A stretch of 59,878 nt of DNA, the filler included, from Platydemus manokwari (lineage: Eukaryota), in NCBI GenBank assembly GCA_037951405.1. It is 6 parts of 6 records of this genome, joined end to end, with 100 filler letters (N's around TTAATTAATTAA, not from the genome) between each part and the next. Parts side by side here need not be neighbours in the genome. Positions count along the whole stretch, not along the records: positions 9,634 to 18,182 come from JBBMOY011349316.1; positions 18,283 to 28,559 come from JBBMOY011150215.1; 4 more parts are not named here. One strand, written 5' to 3'. The notes below the pieces were generated by a model. That model ran no database searches and was not told where the DNA came from. It saw nothing but the letters and a program-made list of their open reading frames with translations. The position numbers were made by a program, and so were the translations under genes. This document shows, piece after piece, positions 13,800 through 26,877 of this stretch (position 1 is the stretch's first letter; each line of letters begins with the position of its first letter).

Positions 13800-14960
13800 T
13801 CATGTCTTCACTGTTCGACCCATCAAAGGTACGTTCTCCGGAGTTCTTATCGAATATGAATGCCACGTATTGTCTCGCACTCCTCCCATTGTTCCATGGA
13901 CGAAAAATTGGCATTTTATAAATTCTATTATTCTTTTTCTGAAAAACGGTAAATTCACGGAAAAAACAAAAAAATTAAAAATCGAATCCAATAGAATCAT
14001 CGTGTTGCCGATTTTGGAAAGGGTTTTGATTACCGATGCGCTAATCGTCACGTTATATATCATTGGTAAAGAAGAGACGACGAGATTCGGTAATTCGCAA
14101 ACCGAAAATACCGCTGCCAAATTCAATACGGTTTTTATAGCAGTTCTTTGATTTCGTCGACGAGCATTGTAAATGTTCGTTGAAACCGTAGTCAGACCTA
14201 ATTTCATTCTTGTGAGAGATATCATCATCGCAATGGAAGACACGAATACAAATATCCAAGGAAGACCTGTCTGGAACAGAAAATAAACCATATTCAAAGC
14301 TCTAGCCTGATTCTCATTAAGGAGTTGTTTAAATTGAATTGTATTGATGTCAACGTCACGATCGATACAGACCAACATGTAGTAATCAGAATGTCTTGCA
14401 ATAACCAGAAAAATACCAACAATCAAAATCATCCAGTACATATTGTAGATTACTTTTGATCTGAAATACTTGTGTCTTCGCATTGGAAAGACAACAACTT
14501 CTGCTCGAGAGAGAGAAATCAAAACATTACACCAATTCCTAGCAACAACAAACAAATTTAATGTCAACATAGTAAATGCCGACAAAGGAGGAACAATGTA
14601 AAAGTATCGAATGCTTATTTTCGACTTTAGATCGACCGGTAAGTAGAAACTAAAGATATAATTTATGACTAAAAAGAAGTGAAATTGAGTTTCAGAAATC
14701 GACAGAAGAATAATCGTTGTACGCATGATTGATTTTCGTCGTTGTCGTTGAAATATGAGAAACGAGTAGGCATTCAAAATCAATGCCAATAAAGATAGAA
14801 TAATCATATGAACGTCCATTGATGATGAATCCCCACTGGTCGATTGTGATAGGGTGGAATTAAAAGTACAATTGTTTCGAGATTTCACCACGAGAACTTC
14901 CATCAACATGATTTTATATGATTTATTAGACATTTTCAACAAATAATTACCGACAGTCAT
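13800..14960 (-). CDS. Intronless orphan rhodopsin-like (class A) 7TM GPCR
   Basis: About 386 aa from the first ATG, with seven hydrophobic segments and N-terminal N-glycosylation sequons (NCT, NST). TM1 LILNAYS, TM2 LSISET, TM3 ARNWCNVLISLSRAEVVVFP, TM5 GLPW, TM6 FSVCELP, TM7 DSIFNFFVF. Start codon uncertain. Confidence 0.88.
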   Translation of the reverse strand: MTVGNYLLKMSNKSYKIMLMEVLVVKSRNNCTFNSTLSQSTSGDSSSMDVHMIILSLLALILNAYSFLIFQRQRRKSIMRTTIILLSISETQFHFFLVINYIFSFYLPVDLKSKISIRYFYIVPPLSAFTMLTLNLFVVARNWCNVLISLSRAEVVVFPMRRHKYFRSKVIYNMYWMILIVGIFLVIARHSDYYMLVCIDRDVDINTIQFKQLLNENQARALNMVYFLFQTGLPWIFVFVSSIAMMISLTRMKLGLTTVSTNIYNARRRNQRTAIKTVLNLAAVFSVCELPNLVVSSLPMIYNVTISASVIKTLSKIGNTMILLDSIFNFFVFSVNLPFFRKRIIEFIKCQFFVHGTMGGVRDNTWHSYSIRTPENVPLMGRTVKT

Positions 14961-15949
14961 CTTCAGATATATTTCCAACAACAGCCAATGAAACTTTTGA
15001 ATTGTAATAAGAGAGCGGATTGGCTTTTATCATTTGATAGTATTTTGTTTTTTCCCCCAAAATCATTCATATTTTGATGGTGACAATTTTACTGCACAGA
15101 TTTTTTAGTAATAACAAAGAATATACATTGAATGCAAAATTTATGTTCAGAAAATAACAATTTTGTGGAACTTATTGCAGGTATTCGGTATAAAATTACC
15201 AAAACCGTGAATAGTTTTCGAAAGATTTTATCGACTTTAATCACTATAACAACCAGTTGCTATAGTAATTGAATTATAATATGAAGTCAAAAATCCGACA
15301 CCGAAGTTTTCGCATAGCTAAGCCGAAAGTGATAAGCGACTTTTGTGAAGTTACCGTCGGTTTCAAATCATCGATAAGCGAATTATGTAATGCTTTTCCA
15401 ATAATTTCAAATTATCGTTTGAGATGTCAGAGGCATCCGGTTACCGAAAATTTTCCCATGTTCATGTGGAAAATTTATTGCGTGAAAAATTTTAATGAAA
15501 ACGTTTCATCATTTGTTCGATTTATTTGTTGTGCCAATCTAGTTTTTAACTTTAATACCAAAATATTTCAAAGATATAATATTTTTATGAATAATCTGGT
15601 CAATGAGCTTTGGATAAAGTGTTTTAGGGAATTCTCAGATTATTAAGTAGTCGCTAGCTCTTATTGAAATAAATTTCAAGTGTGGATTTAAAGCGCTTTC
15701 CATTTGCCACTACTGAGCATTACACACTAAGTGGCCGAGTACAAAGTCTGATCTTTCCTTCAATATAAAATATAATCGATGAATGACTGAAACTAATAAA
15801 TCTAATGTATTATAATTATAATTCTGTTTTACAAAATCTTCTTTTCTAATATTAAATATTACAAAATAATTATGTATATAACTTATATGGTATATTATGT
15901 ACACATCTGATATGATACGATCCATATAACGCATTCATTATGAAAGTTA

Positions 15950-18182
15950 TAGAGGAGGACTAATTTCGGTCACTTCTGATGAACTACCAACTCAGAATCA
16001 CCTTCTCTGTGTGTGACTTATCTCCGTAACAGATATGTCTACTTTAATAAGGCGAACACACTAAACTAGCGGTAAGGCCAATATTTTAACAATGTAATAA
16101 TGTCCTTCATAGCCTCACAACTACACTACTTCCAAGAAAGTATCTTGTAGTACAAGACTTTATGTTTTGTTTTTCTTGGAAAGAATATACTTGAATAAAT
16201 ATGAGTACCGGGTTGTCAAATCGACTCACAACGTTATACTTGCCAACACAACAATAGTTCCGAAGCATTTCAACCAAAAACACATTGTCGCCATCAAAAC
16301 TGAATGCGCTACTGCCAGCCACTGGATTCAAATATCACTTGGATAGTCACGCTCCTCATGCAACCAAAAAGACAGATGACTTGCCGCTATCGAATGAGGA
16401 TATACAATCACAATGACTAACCAGCTCTGCGATCGAGGCTTTCTTATACAACAAAATCACAGATCAACATATTTATAAAACCCTAACCGGCAATTGCTAT
16501 CCTGAAAAATGACTTCAAAACTTTCTACGAATCATTTCCATTCAGGAAGCTTGCCACTTGGGAAACTGTTTACTGGCTAATTCATTGAAACAACAACCAC
16601 TGGAACCTCTCGATCGCAGATCGCCTGAAATTGTCATCACACTTCATCGACCCGTCAACAAAATCTCTGTCAGCCGAACAAAAATAAACTCGACAATCTA
16701 TTTCAAAACCTTAGCGCTATGAAGGACAACATCCTCTTCAAGCAATCAATCCTACCAGATCTGCCACTCCAACTCAACTCATGCAATGGTGGCCTCTTCA
16801 TCATCCAACACGTTCTGGACCATATGAATAAATCACCAATCTACCACACTCCGGTCTTCCCACAATTTCGAACAGAAATCAACAAAATAATATCAAACAC
16901 GATCTTATTTCGAAGAATTGCCTCTGGTCCCTCAATGAGTCCAATACTAATAGAAGGAATTAAAATAAATGAAACAAATGCTACTAATCTGACTCAAATG
17001 CTCACTTCTGCTCGCACTGCTATCTCAACCATCGACACTTCCAGATTTGCTCCGAAGAAAATCATCAAACTATCAGTTCTTCATCTAATAGATGTGTCAT
17101 CATCTGACTACAAACTGAGAACCCAATTCCAAACTGAGCCAAAGAAAACTCTTCAAAACATTATACCGTCAACCAATCCTACAGCGACTCCTAACATCGA
17201 AGACATCATAACACATTACTCGAAGCCAAAACCGAAACTGCTATCAAACAACTCTGCCCGTCAATACCGAAACATGAGGACAACTCGAACCTCAAAGAGA
17301 TTTCGCTCGCTGAAATTGCAAATACGTTCGCGAAACTTGCAAAATCTTCACCTGGTAATGACGGGATCACGTACAAAGATTGGAGACAGCTAGACCCGCA
17401 GCACCTATACTCCAATCTCTATTCAACAGAAAACTAAAAACATAATCCATCCCAAACCAGTGGAAGGAATTTAATACTAACTTGCTAATAAAACCAGGCA
17501 AGCAGGACCTATCTCATCTCATAACCTCGTGGAGATCAATCGCGCTCACGGATACTTCATATAAAATATTCACCATGATCCTCAACCTCAGACTTCTCAA
17601 ATGGATTGATGCCCTCAACTTACTGTCTCCAAATCAAAAAGCAATGTTCGCTTCTGATGGATGCGCTGAACACAACGCTTACCTCTTCTCGCTGCAGGAA
17701 TATGCATCACAACAGAGCAAGGACCTCCATCTGTGCTGGATCGACTTCAAAGAAGCTTTCCCAAGCCTACCCCACGATGTCATCTGGTACACTCTCAAAT
17801 CGATGGGGTGCAACTCTCACTATATCGAAATGATTCAGGCCTTATACGAAGATAGCAGAACCACATACACTTGCGAGTTGATCAAGACTTCACCAATACC
17901 AATCTATCGTGGTGTCAAACAAGGTTTCCCCTTGTCAATGACACTGTTCTGCCTCTCAGTCGACTTTATTCTACGCTCATCATCGGATAGTCCAGAACAG
18001 CTAACAGTTCACAACAGCGAATTATCCACACTGACATACGCTGATGACATTATCATCTTAGCAAACTCTGGAGAAAACTTAGAACACAGGCTCTACCACA
18101 TTATCAACGCAACAAACGAAATTCAACTCACAATCAACGCCAACAAATGTGGATACTTCTTCAAAAACCCGATGAACAGGAT
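15950..18182 (+). mobile_element. R2/NeSL-like (RLE-type) non-LTR retrotransposon, 5' part, pseudogenised, runs into a gap
   Basis: RT motifs: KSSPGNDGITY (alternate frame, ~17341), WRSIAL, SPNQKA..DGCAEHN, WIDFKEAFPSLPH, RGVKQGFPLSMTLF, LTYADDI. Frameshifted upstream ORF 16719-17393. A/C-rich strand bias. 5' boundary approximate; the RLE domain itself is not visible. Confidence 0.9.
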
Positions 18183-18282
18183 NNNNNNNNNNNNNNNNNN
18201 NNNNNNNNNNNNNNNNNNNNNNNNNNTTAATTAATTAANNNNNNNNNNNNNNNNNNNNNNNNNNNNNNNNNNNNNNNNNNNN

Positions 18283-18332
<50 letters not shown>

Positions 18333-18358
18333 GTTATTATTATTATTATTATTTTATT
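18283..18358. repeat. (ATT)n microsatellite
   Basis: Visible tandem run directly after the gap. Confidence 0.9.
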
Positions 18359-18899
18359 AGTAATTCGATTGGAGTAATGAGTTCCTGCCTTACAGTACTA
18401 ATTTATTGCTTGGATTTCTCAATACTTGTTAAAAATTTAATAAAATAATCCAGAGTTTTGGAATCACTTCAGTCCTATGGCTTTAATCCAAAATTCTGAT
18501 GAGGAATATGGTGTGCCGAACCTCATATAATTAACAGTGTGGATTACATATTATAATATTTTGATAATCGTCTACAAGGTATAATTTCGAAAGCATATAC
18601 ACAGTCAAGACAACTGTTTCATATTTTTATAGAATTTTATTTAAGAATATCATACTAGTTTAACTAGAAATGTCTCATAGATAATATCTCTCTGGTATTA
18701 GGAACTCTGCTAATGAGTCTGATAGATTGATAAATTTCATGACATTGCAGAAGTTTTTAATGGCAACGCATTATACCTGAATAATTATATCTAAAATGTA
18801 TCTGCAAAACTTTTATAATTTTATTTATTTGTTTTTCTGATTAAAGTCAGATTATTGGTGAAATCATCATTATTCTGATTATAATCATTATCTAAAGTA

Positions 18900-19950
18900 C
18901 GCAGAGGCAGCTCACCGAATTTAAAACTAGATGCGTAATCACCTTGCGATTCTAATTAGTACCACGCTAGTAGGATTCCATCAGCATCAATAAGTCTTCA
19001 TCATATCAACTCATCCGATAAATCCTGGTGAAATCTTTTTACCTCTATTCTATCTCTAACTGATATGTGTCCTATTGACTCAACTCAATTGACGAGATAA
19101 GCACATGAGGTTGATTCCAGTTTTTTTCTCTTCCATGGACAGTGGGCTAAAATAATCACTTGCTTCACTTTCGGTTCGAATATCGGCTTCATCATCTTCC
19201 TCGTCATGGATGCATGGTATTTTCTTCAAACTATTATAACTAGGCTTTCTTGCTAAATTACATTCTCTGAACGGATGACCTTCTTTTCTGAATATTAAAC
19301 ATTCAAATTTTCGGTGTCCAAGCTCACAACAGAAAAAGTAAGCTCATGGTTTTAAATAATCACCACGTGGTATAGGTTTTCCTCTACAATCGTTGTAGAA
19401 TTTAGACACAATAGCCTTCATTGATCTTGTTGGTCTCGGACTGTTTGGAAAATCCATGTGATTAACTGGTGTACGAGGATATTCTTTTACACCAAAATAT
19501 CTTTCTTGTTCGATTGGTCTTGATTTTTCTAACAAACTCTCCTTTTTAAAGGTTGTTCTTGAAAGGTACTTTCAAATGCCGACTGGGCATATATTTTTTT
19601 GATGGAGTTTATGGAGTTCGTCGGAGTTAATTTCTTCAAATTGACAATCAACTCTCTAATCCCATCGTCGAACATTGTAATGTTGAGTGTGAAAGATTCT
19701 TTTAATTTCTTGCTTTTTAGACTGTGTAGAATGAATAGTCTTAAAATTTCTTCAAGAGTGTTTTTCTTGTCAAACACCTCCGAAACTAATTTCTTTACCA
19801 GAAGTTCACAACTGCGGTTCTTTTCATCTGGTCTTTGTCGCATTGCTGCCAAATCATGAATCTTGCCGTACACCGTTTGTTATGTGAGAAAGTTTCCACA
19901 AACCATTTTTCTATCTCTATCTATCTTCTTATCTATCTTCAGCACTTCAT
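18900..19950 (-). mobile_element. Decayed LTR retrotransposon gag-like region
   Basis: Broken ORFs 19529-19873 and 19344-19535 continue past a stop into YFFCCELGHRKFEC and CLIFRKEGHPFREC, two degenerate CCHC zinc knuckles, then an acidic linker. Confidence 0.6.
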
Positions 19951-21277
19951 TTTTGTCATAAAGGCTTGTCCGATTACCTAAGCGGCACGTCCTTTACTTA
20001 TATCTTGAGGTTTCTGAACTTAAATAATAGCGTCACATATTATCTTCTAGATTTGTAAGTTTTATCTTAATTTATAAAATATATCTTGTCGTTCTGCATT
20101 GTGTTGTTTTATATTTTATATTTATATTCTGAATATAATTTTTTATTATTATCACCTGAAGATCACTGTAAGGCAATAATCTTATCTGTTGAAGTCCAGC
20201 CAAGTTAGAGATTTCAAAAACCTTTTCTCGTTGCACGAATTTAATCGAAATCAATTATTGATTATATTGATGAGTATTTATATTTAATTATAATTAATAA
20301 TATTATCATTATGACAATATATTCATTATTAATATTCTTGATATAAAATTAGAATTATTTCTTTGTTGAATTCCTTCATTGTGTAAGCCTTATAAATTTA
20401 TTCAATCGAAATCCTACAAAATCAGTTTGGAGAGTTATAAAAATAGAAATTTTCAGTAATTCTCAAGCAATCTCTTCTACAAATCCATGTATTTCTCAAT
20501 TCAGATGACACAAATATTTCTATGAGAGATTAAATCCATCGATCTATTGCAGTGGAGATCTTATATTTGTCCTGCATCGATAAACGATAACTTGATTACG
20601 AATTTTGTATTTCAAAAGGAGAAATCTTGACAAAAGTACAAAAGAAACAAATATTGCATTTTTATCAAACCATCAGGGCCATCTCAACAGTTAATTAATC
20701 CTTATATCTTATATCGAAAATCAATAGATACCGCCACATATTGGAATGAAGTAAATATTGGTTGCGATTCCATCAATCTGATGGGATCAATAAATAACAC
20801 TTATTTGCTGTCACAGATATTATTGGTGATCTCGTACTAGCTGTTTCCCATAAAAGTGAAAAGTGTGAAAAATAATAAAATAATCTATTTCCCAATAAAG
20901 CAAAAGTATCAATGTCAATCTCATAAATAATAATCAATCCTCAATAGCTCATAAATATACAAATTTATATGATGTCAAATGGATTATCCTGTGTAATCTC
21001 TGTTTACACGCACAGGTACACGACAGTCATTCTATGATACTAATCGTCTCAATTCGATAAAGTATTTGAGTGTCTATCGAGATAAACTGTTGATGGATTC
21101 AATGAGGGTATATTCTCTTGTGCTGAGATATTTGGATAAATCAACGAATTCGCTGGTTTTGTTCACTCTTGTTGGGTTGAAGGACAAATTCTCATCCAAT
21201 AAATCGCAGAATCTCAAAGGAGGACCATTTTTCAACATTTTACGAGCTTCTCGTGTCCATGTTTTCATACTTCTTGC

Positions 21278-21516
21278 NNNNNNNNNNNNNNNNNNNNNNN
21301 NNNNNNNNNNNNNNNNNNNNNNNNNNNNNNNNNNNNNNNNNNNNNNNNNNNNNNNNNNNNNNNNNNNNNNNNNNNNNNNNNNNNNNNNNNNNNNNNNNNN
21401 NNNNNNNNNNNNNNNNNNNNNNNNNNNNNNNNNNNNNNNNNNNNNNNNNNNNNNNNNNNNNNNNNNNNNNNNNNNNNNNNNNNNNNNNNNNNNNNNNNNN
21501 NNNNNNNNNNNNNNNN
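21278..21516. other. Assembly gap (plain N run)
   Basis: Run of N without spacer. Confidence 0.95.
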
Positions 21517-23752
21517 TTCGCGTCTATAATTTTATAATGGCTATAATCAATTAATATGTAAATTCACATGGTAAATTTTCTTAACATTTAAAAATTTGAA
21601 TTTAAGTTTATTCTGAAGAAGAAGAAAATTGGTTTATATTTACTACAATTTTGTATTCGAATTGTTTCTGCTAAAATAAAAGATTATTTAAACCTTTTTA
21701 AGAATATTTTTGTTTGTTTATATTGAAAAAATGTTCAAACGAATCCCAATCATTAATTTTAATTCGAAAACACATTTATCCTATTGTAGCAAATAATTAT
21801 TAGAACATTGGAGAAAATGGTGCAGTATCGACAAGTGTATCCTAAGATAAGAATTACGTTTAAAAACTAGTAAGAACTCCAAAAGTTGATGGTTTTCAGA
21901 TAGATTAAGGCATATCATAGTCGTGATCGTGTTTTAAAAAATAAAGTCAAGCTCAAATAAAAATGGTTTTAATATAGAAATGAGAATAACAGACTCGACT
22001 CCGTTTGTAAGATAAAAGTTAAATTCGGAAAGAACATTAATGATGAAAACAGATATAACAAGATTCAAAGTGTTTTACACGGAAAGAAGTGTTTTGAAAA
22101 TTTGCAATTGTTATTAATATCAGTAACTTTCACATTAAATAATTGTAACGATTGGTAATCCAATGATCAATCTGTGAAGACTACTGGTTAATTTAGAAGA
22201 AAGAATTGATAAACCAATTAACAGTACAGCGCAGAATAACATCAGAGAGGAATTTAACTCACTGTTGAAAATTTGTCGTTTTTGTATATATGGAAAAACG
22301 AAAGAAAAGATTTTATATTATGCTTCAATACATAATGTATAAATAGAAGTGTCCCTATTAAAGTACACTGCTATTTAAAGGTAGAAGAAAAATACCAAGG
22401 AAAAATGGATATTATTCAACAAAATAATACCTTTCAAGAAATGATGATAAACTAAAGTGTTGTTATGAGAGATGAAATCGCAATGATTTAATTAGACGAT
22501 AAATGATTATTTTTTTGAACAGTATAAGAACACTACAAAATCTTAGTATAAGTATTGCAGAAATATTTGAAAAACTGGATTAAAAATACATCTAGAATAA
22601 GGCCACATATTCAGAAAACAAGTTTAGTTTCTTAGATATATGTAAATATAAACAGTTATTGAAATATACCCAAGTAAAATCGAGTCAACTAAAAGTTTTA
22701 AATGTCGAAATGTGTAATAAATCTAAGGAAATCTTAGAAATTTATAACTATCATCTTATATTTAAACAGGATTAATCAAAATATCTAGAAATTTCGAGTA
22801 ATTAAATGAAAAGATTTTAGAAAAACTAATTTGACGAGAAACATGTGACAAAACTTTCAGTAAAATGAAGAAAACTTTGACAGAAGTACCGATTTTAACA
22901 TTAGCAGGGTTTTAAAATAATCTATTCTAGAGATCGATTGGAGTTTCGATATGATAAGAGCAGTTCTATTAAAAAAGATGACATTTGAAAAGAGTGTTTA
23001 TTCGCATACGATTCCGTTTCATTGAAAAAACATGAGAAATGATATTGGGTAACTAGGAATGAATTATTTGTGTTACATTATTATATTTTATAAAGCATTT
23101 CAACCATTACCTCTATGCTAGAGGATTCATATTTATAATTGATCTGAAAACATTGAATAAATGGTACAAAAGAAAGGAAATATATAGTTGGGATAATAGA
23201 TAAATTTAGCAGATATACAAAGCTTACATCAATAAATAAACGGAATAAAGAAACATTTGAAAAGATGATTCAGAATCAATAAATCTATTTTCACTCAAGG
23301 AAATACACGTGTATGGTGGTAAATGCATTGAATCACAAAAAATCAAAGAGATTCAAATAATGGTTTTCAGAAATAGATTACTCCAACAGTAAATGCGACA
23401 ATGCTGGATAGACGACATACAGACTGGGATTCAATATTATCAAAGAAGAAATATGAAACGATTGTTATGGTACCATTAATGAAATAATTATGGTACCAGT
23501 ATTTGGAAAGAAAACAGAAACATTTCATTAGTATGCCAAATACAAAGTAATAAGTAGCGAAACTTAAAATTAATCGAGGGAGTTCGTATGAAGTGATTGG
23601 AAAGCACTGTGAAGAAAAGTGTCGGTTATAAATTGGGATTGGTATTACCACAAAATGGAATAAGAGTAAAGAGGTTGTAGATCATATGTTTATTGATTAT
23701 AAAGTAGTTAACAATCCATTATTGAAATTATTATAAAAGCTATCCAATAAAA

Positions 23753-23977
23753 CAGGGGTCTCCAAACTACGGCCCGCCAAGCTTACTATGAAACACACGA
23801 ACATTATGAAAAAAAATCTTGCTACAGGTCACGGTTGTCCGATGAACATTTAAATGACTTATTAAAGATTTCAACTACTGATTTTGAACCACAATTTTTT
23901 GTAAACCTATCATTGTTTTGGCCCTCCAAATTTTATAAAATCAGCAATGTAGCCCTTTGCTGAAAAAGTTTAGAGAA
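23753..23977. mobile_element. hAT-type MITE inserted in the gypsy remnant
   Basis: Left end CAGGGGTCTCCAAACTACGGCCCGC; right end ...GCCC...AAAAAGTTTAGAGA is an imperfect inverse. Confidence 0.65.
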
Positions 23978-24089
23978 TAAAAGAAGGAAAAAACAACATC
24001 AACATATTCCGCTTTTATAATTTAAGAAATTGAAATATATAGAAATTTCAGAATATTATTTTTTTGTTAATAGATATTATTGAAATTCT

Positions 24090-24113
24090 AAATAATATTA
24101 CTACTACAATTAC

Positions 24114-24144
<31 letters not shown>

Positions 24145-24182
24145 GATAATAATAATAACAATAATAATAATAATAATAATAA
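24090..24182. repeat. (AAT)n microsatellite
   Basis: Visible tandem run. Confidence 0.9.
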
Positions 24183-26104
24183 GGTATATTGGCGATTATT
24201 GATTTAAATAAAATTTACTCTCAATAAAATAATATTGAAATAGAAATATTAAAAGTTCTGTTAAATTAAAATCTGTCGTATAATATTGGTGAAAAATTTT
24301 AAAATATTCATGGAGGTATTTCTAGAATTTTGAAACTTGATGAAGTAATAGTGATATAATATGATGCATATTATCAACATTATCATTTTACAAATCTAAT
24401 GACAATGAGAAATTGCCATCAATGTTTTTCACTTGATTTCAAAACTAATATGGATAAATGAAAATTAATCGCCTTTCTTACAAAAATCGATGCCATTAAT
24501 TCTAAACGGTTTCGTATAATTATCATTGAATAAACGGTTTAAGTTTTCTAATTACACTTGAAGTCAATAAGTGGAATCGCATTAGTTAATTTCATTTTTT
24601 CAAAATACTCGCCTATGCAATTTCACACCAATACAAAGCCACTTTGTTAACCTGAATTTGGAAGACGTTTATTCAATCCAAGTCACTACAACCAGATAAT
24701 CAAAGAAACGGAAAACCAGCAAAAATCAGTAGCTACAAACTTAAAGAAATTCTAAAAAAGAAGTGGTATAATTTTCACAGTAGGAGAAGAGGTTTTAGTG
24801 AAGAAAGAACCACATAAGATAAAAAAGAACAGAGATCGTTATGAACTTCCACACAAAATTTATTTGAGATTATATATAATTTATTCGGTTCATTATATCA
24901 TAATTAATGCAATAAATATCAGATTTCATCGATTTTAGAACAAATGGTTGTGAAATTATTGATGAATAAAATATTTTAAAATGTTATTATCAAATTATAA
25001 TTTCAATTATCATTACTTTTAACTGAAATAAGTACCTTAACACAAACATCTTTACTTAAAATTTATTGTCTCTTAATAATAAATTATCATTTTTAATTTA
25101 ACAGTTCATGCTAAAGTGACTTTTCAAATATTATAAATTGTGATAAATAGTTAGAGTAGCGTGGTAAATGGTTTATTGATCTATTGTGAACTTTAATTGA
25201 TTTAATGACAAAGTAAATACGTCCTTTTATTCCATCATAAAAATTTATAAAAATTTTAAAAAAGCACGTTGTTCAGAATATTTAAACAAATAGAATTTCA
25301 AACATTTTATAACTGACAATAAAAAGATTAATAATTTTGAAATAACAAATGGAAAAATGGCTTTTGAAAAAGTGGATGATGACAATATGGGGAAATATTA
25401 GTATTGTTGGCACGTACTTTGGATGTGAGAAATTATTATATTAAAATTATATTGATCTGAAAGGAAAAAATAAATAAATAAATATAGACAACAAAAAATA
25501 ACTAAAAACACATAAAATATTGGTCTACAAAGAATTTTAAATTTTAAATGAAAAAGACATAACTAACAAAATAAAACTAATGTTATATTTCTAATAAATA
25601 ACATAGATATGATCATTACCATTACCTAAGGTTATCTTGGAGAAAATCGAGAGACAAAATTTAGCTCACAACGTAAGGTAGCAAAATTTATTGATTAGTT
25701 TCTTATTAATAAAATTTTAATATTGTCGTCCTAGCTTTACGTTTAGTTAATAAATTGCCTAACTGTACACGTCATTTGTTCTAGCCAAATTATAGAAAAC
25801 TGTCGGGCAAAAAGCATTTTATATTTATTAAAAATTATTAAAAGATAAACCAGAAAAAGAATTCTGAAAATATTCACAATACAAAAAACCGTAGACTAAA
25901 GCAACCACATTTATCGCATACCAAACAAAAGTATCAGCTTAAACAACTCTCACTGCTAGTTATAGATTGAACAGTTTGTTTAAAAAGATAATTCAATTTT
26001 TTGTACCCATGAGTTTGAAATAAGTAACCTTAGAAACTGATAATCTAAATAATCAATTTATAGTGAGTGTAATATTGGTTATTGACGGTTATATATTTGA
26101 GTTT

Positions 26105-26877
26105 ATGCTGCAAAATATGTTGTATCAATTTATCTTGCTGATCAATTTGGCTTTTGCTTATATATATTGTTTGAACTGCCCACAAAATTACACGGGTTAC
26201 AATAATTTGTGTATTTATGTGTCCGGCAAAAAAGCTAATAACATTTGTGATGCATGTGAAAATTGTGAAAAGATTAATGGAAGATTGGCTTTGGGTAATG
26301 AAACACAATCTATCATGGTTTTGGAAACCATAAAGAAAAATCGTTATTATTATACAGGTTTGACTGATTTATTTGAAGAAAGAAAAAGAAATAAGAAACG
26401 TTGGCTAAATATTGATGGGTCTTTAAATACGAATTATAACATATGGTATAAAGGAGAGCCAAATAGTAAGAGTCCAGGAGAAGATTGTATTCCACTTCAC
26501 AGTAAAGAAATTATGGATACATCATGTCGAAGTCGTTTTTATTTCATATGTGTCTATGTTAACGTTATTCCTGGCAATTCAATGAAATTCATTAAAAATG
26601 AGGTGAATATCTTCAACAATGACAATGAGGTAGGTTGCTATGAAAGCGTAATTGTAAAAAGTAAACTTCATTGTGGAGCTCTGTAAGAATTTTCTTTTTT
26701 ATTTAAAAATATTTTGTAATAAATTGCAGATGTCTTGAAACCCGTAACTGTATATCATTCTATTATGGATATATTGGAGGACAATGCTTACTAATAAAGT
26801 ATGTCAAAAGCACATTACCACGAAATTGGAACAATGGATCACAAATTTGGCATGGATATCATTTGGAGCAACCATAA
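26105..26877 (+). CDS. Secreted C-type lectin domain protein with a C-terminal PAN/apple-like module
   Basis: Exon 1 26105-26682: signal peptide (MLYQFILLINLAFA), CPQNY...C, YYTGLTD, WYKGEPN, EDC, DTSC..RFYFIC. 47-nt GT-AG intron. Exon 2 26730-26877. Joined tail reads CYESVIVKSKLHCGALCLETRNCISFYY...GQCLL...EQP*. Confidence 0.85.

Larger units (their letters stand above)
21780..24860 (+). mobile_element. Highly decayed Ty3/gypsy pol (RT, RNase H, integrase)
   Basis: RNase H remnants at ~22920-23160: ILEIDWSFDMIRAVLLK (cf. ILETDAS..IGAVL), LKKHEK...VTRNELF, FNHYLYARGFIFIIDLKTL (cf. FRHYLYGRKF..TDHK.L). Integrase C-terminal FTVGEEVLVKKEPHKIKKNRDRYELPHKI at ~24770-24860. Interrupted by a MITE and a microsatellite. 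Confidence 0.7.

Noticed and set aside
13747-14259. ORFs overlapping the GPCR
   Set aside because: Antisense or alternate-frame shadows with no motifs.
15976-15995. CTGATGA as a hammerhead core upstream of the non-LTR element
   Set aside because: No stem II followed by GAAA.
21066-21277. ORFs abutting the plain N gap
   Set aside because: Short, no recognisable domain, and length inflated by Ns.
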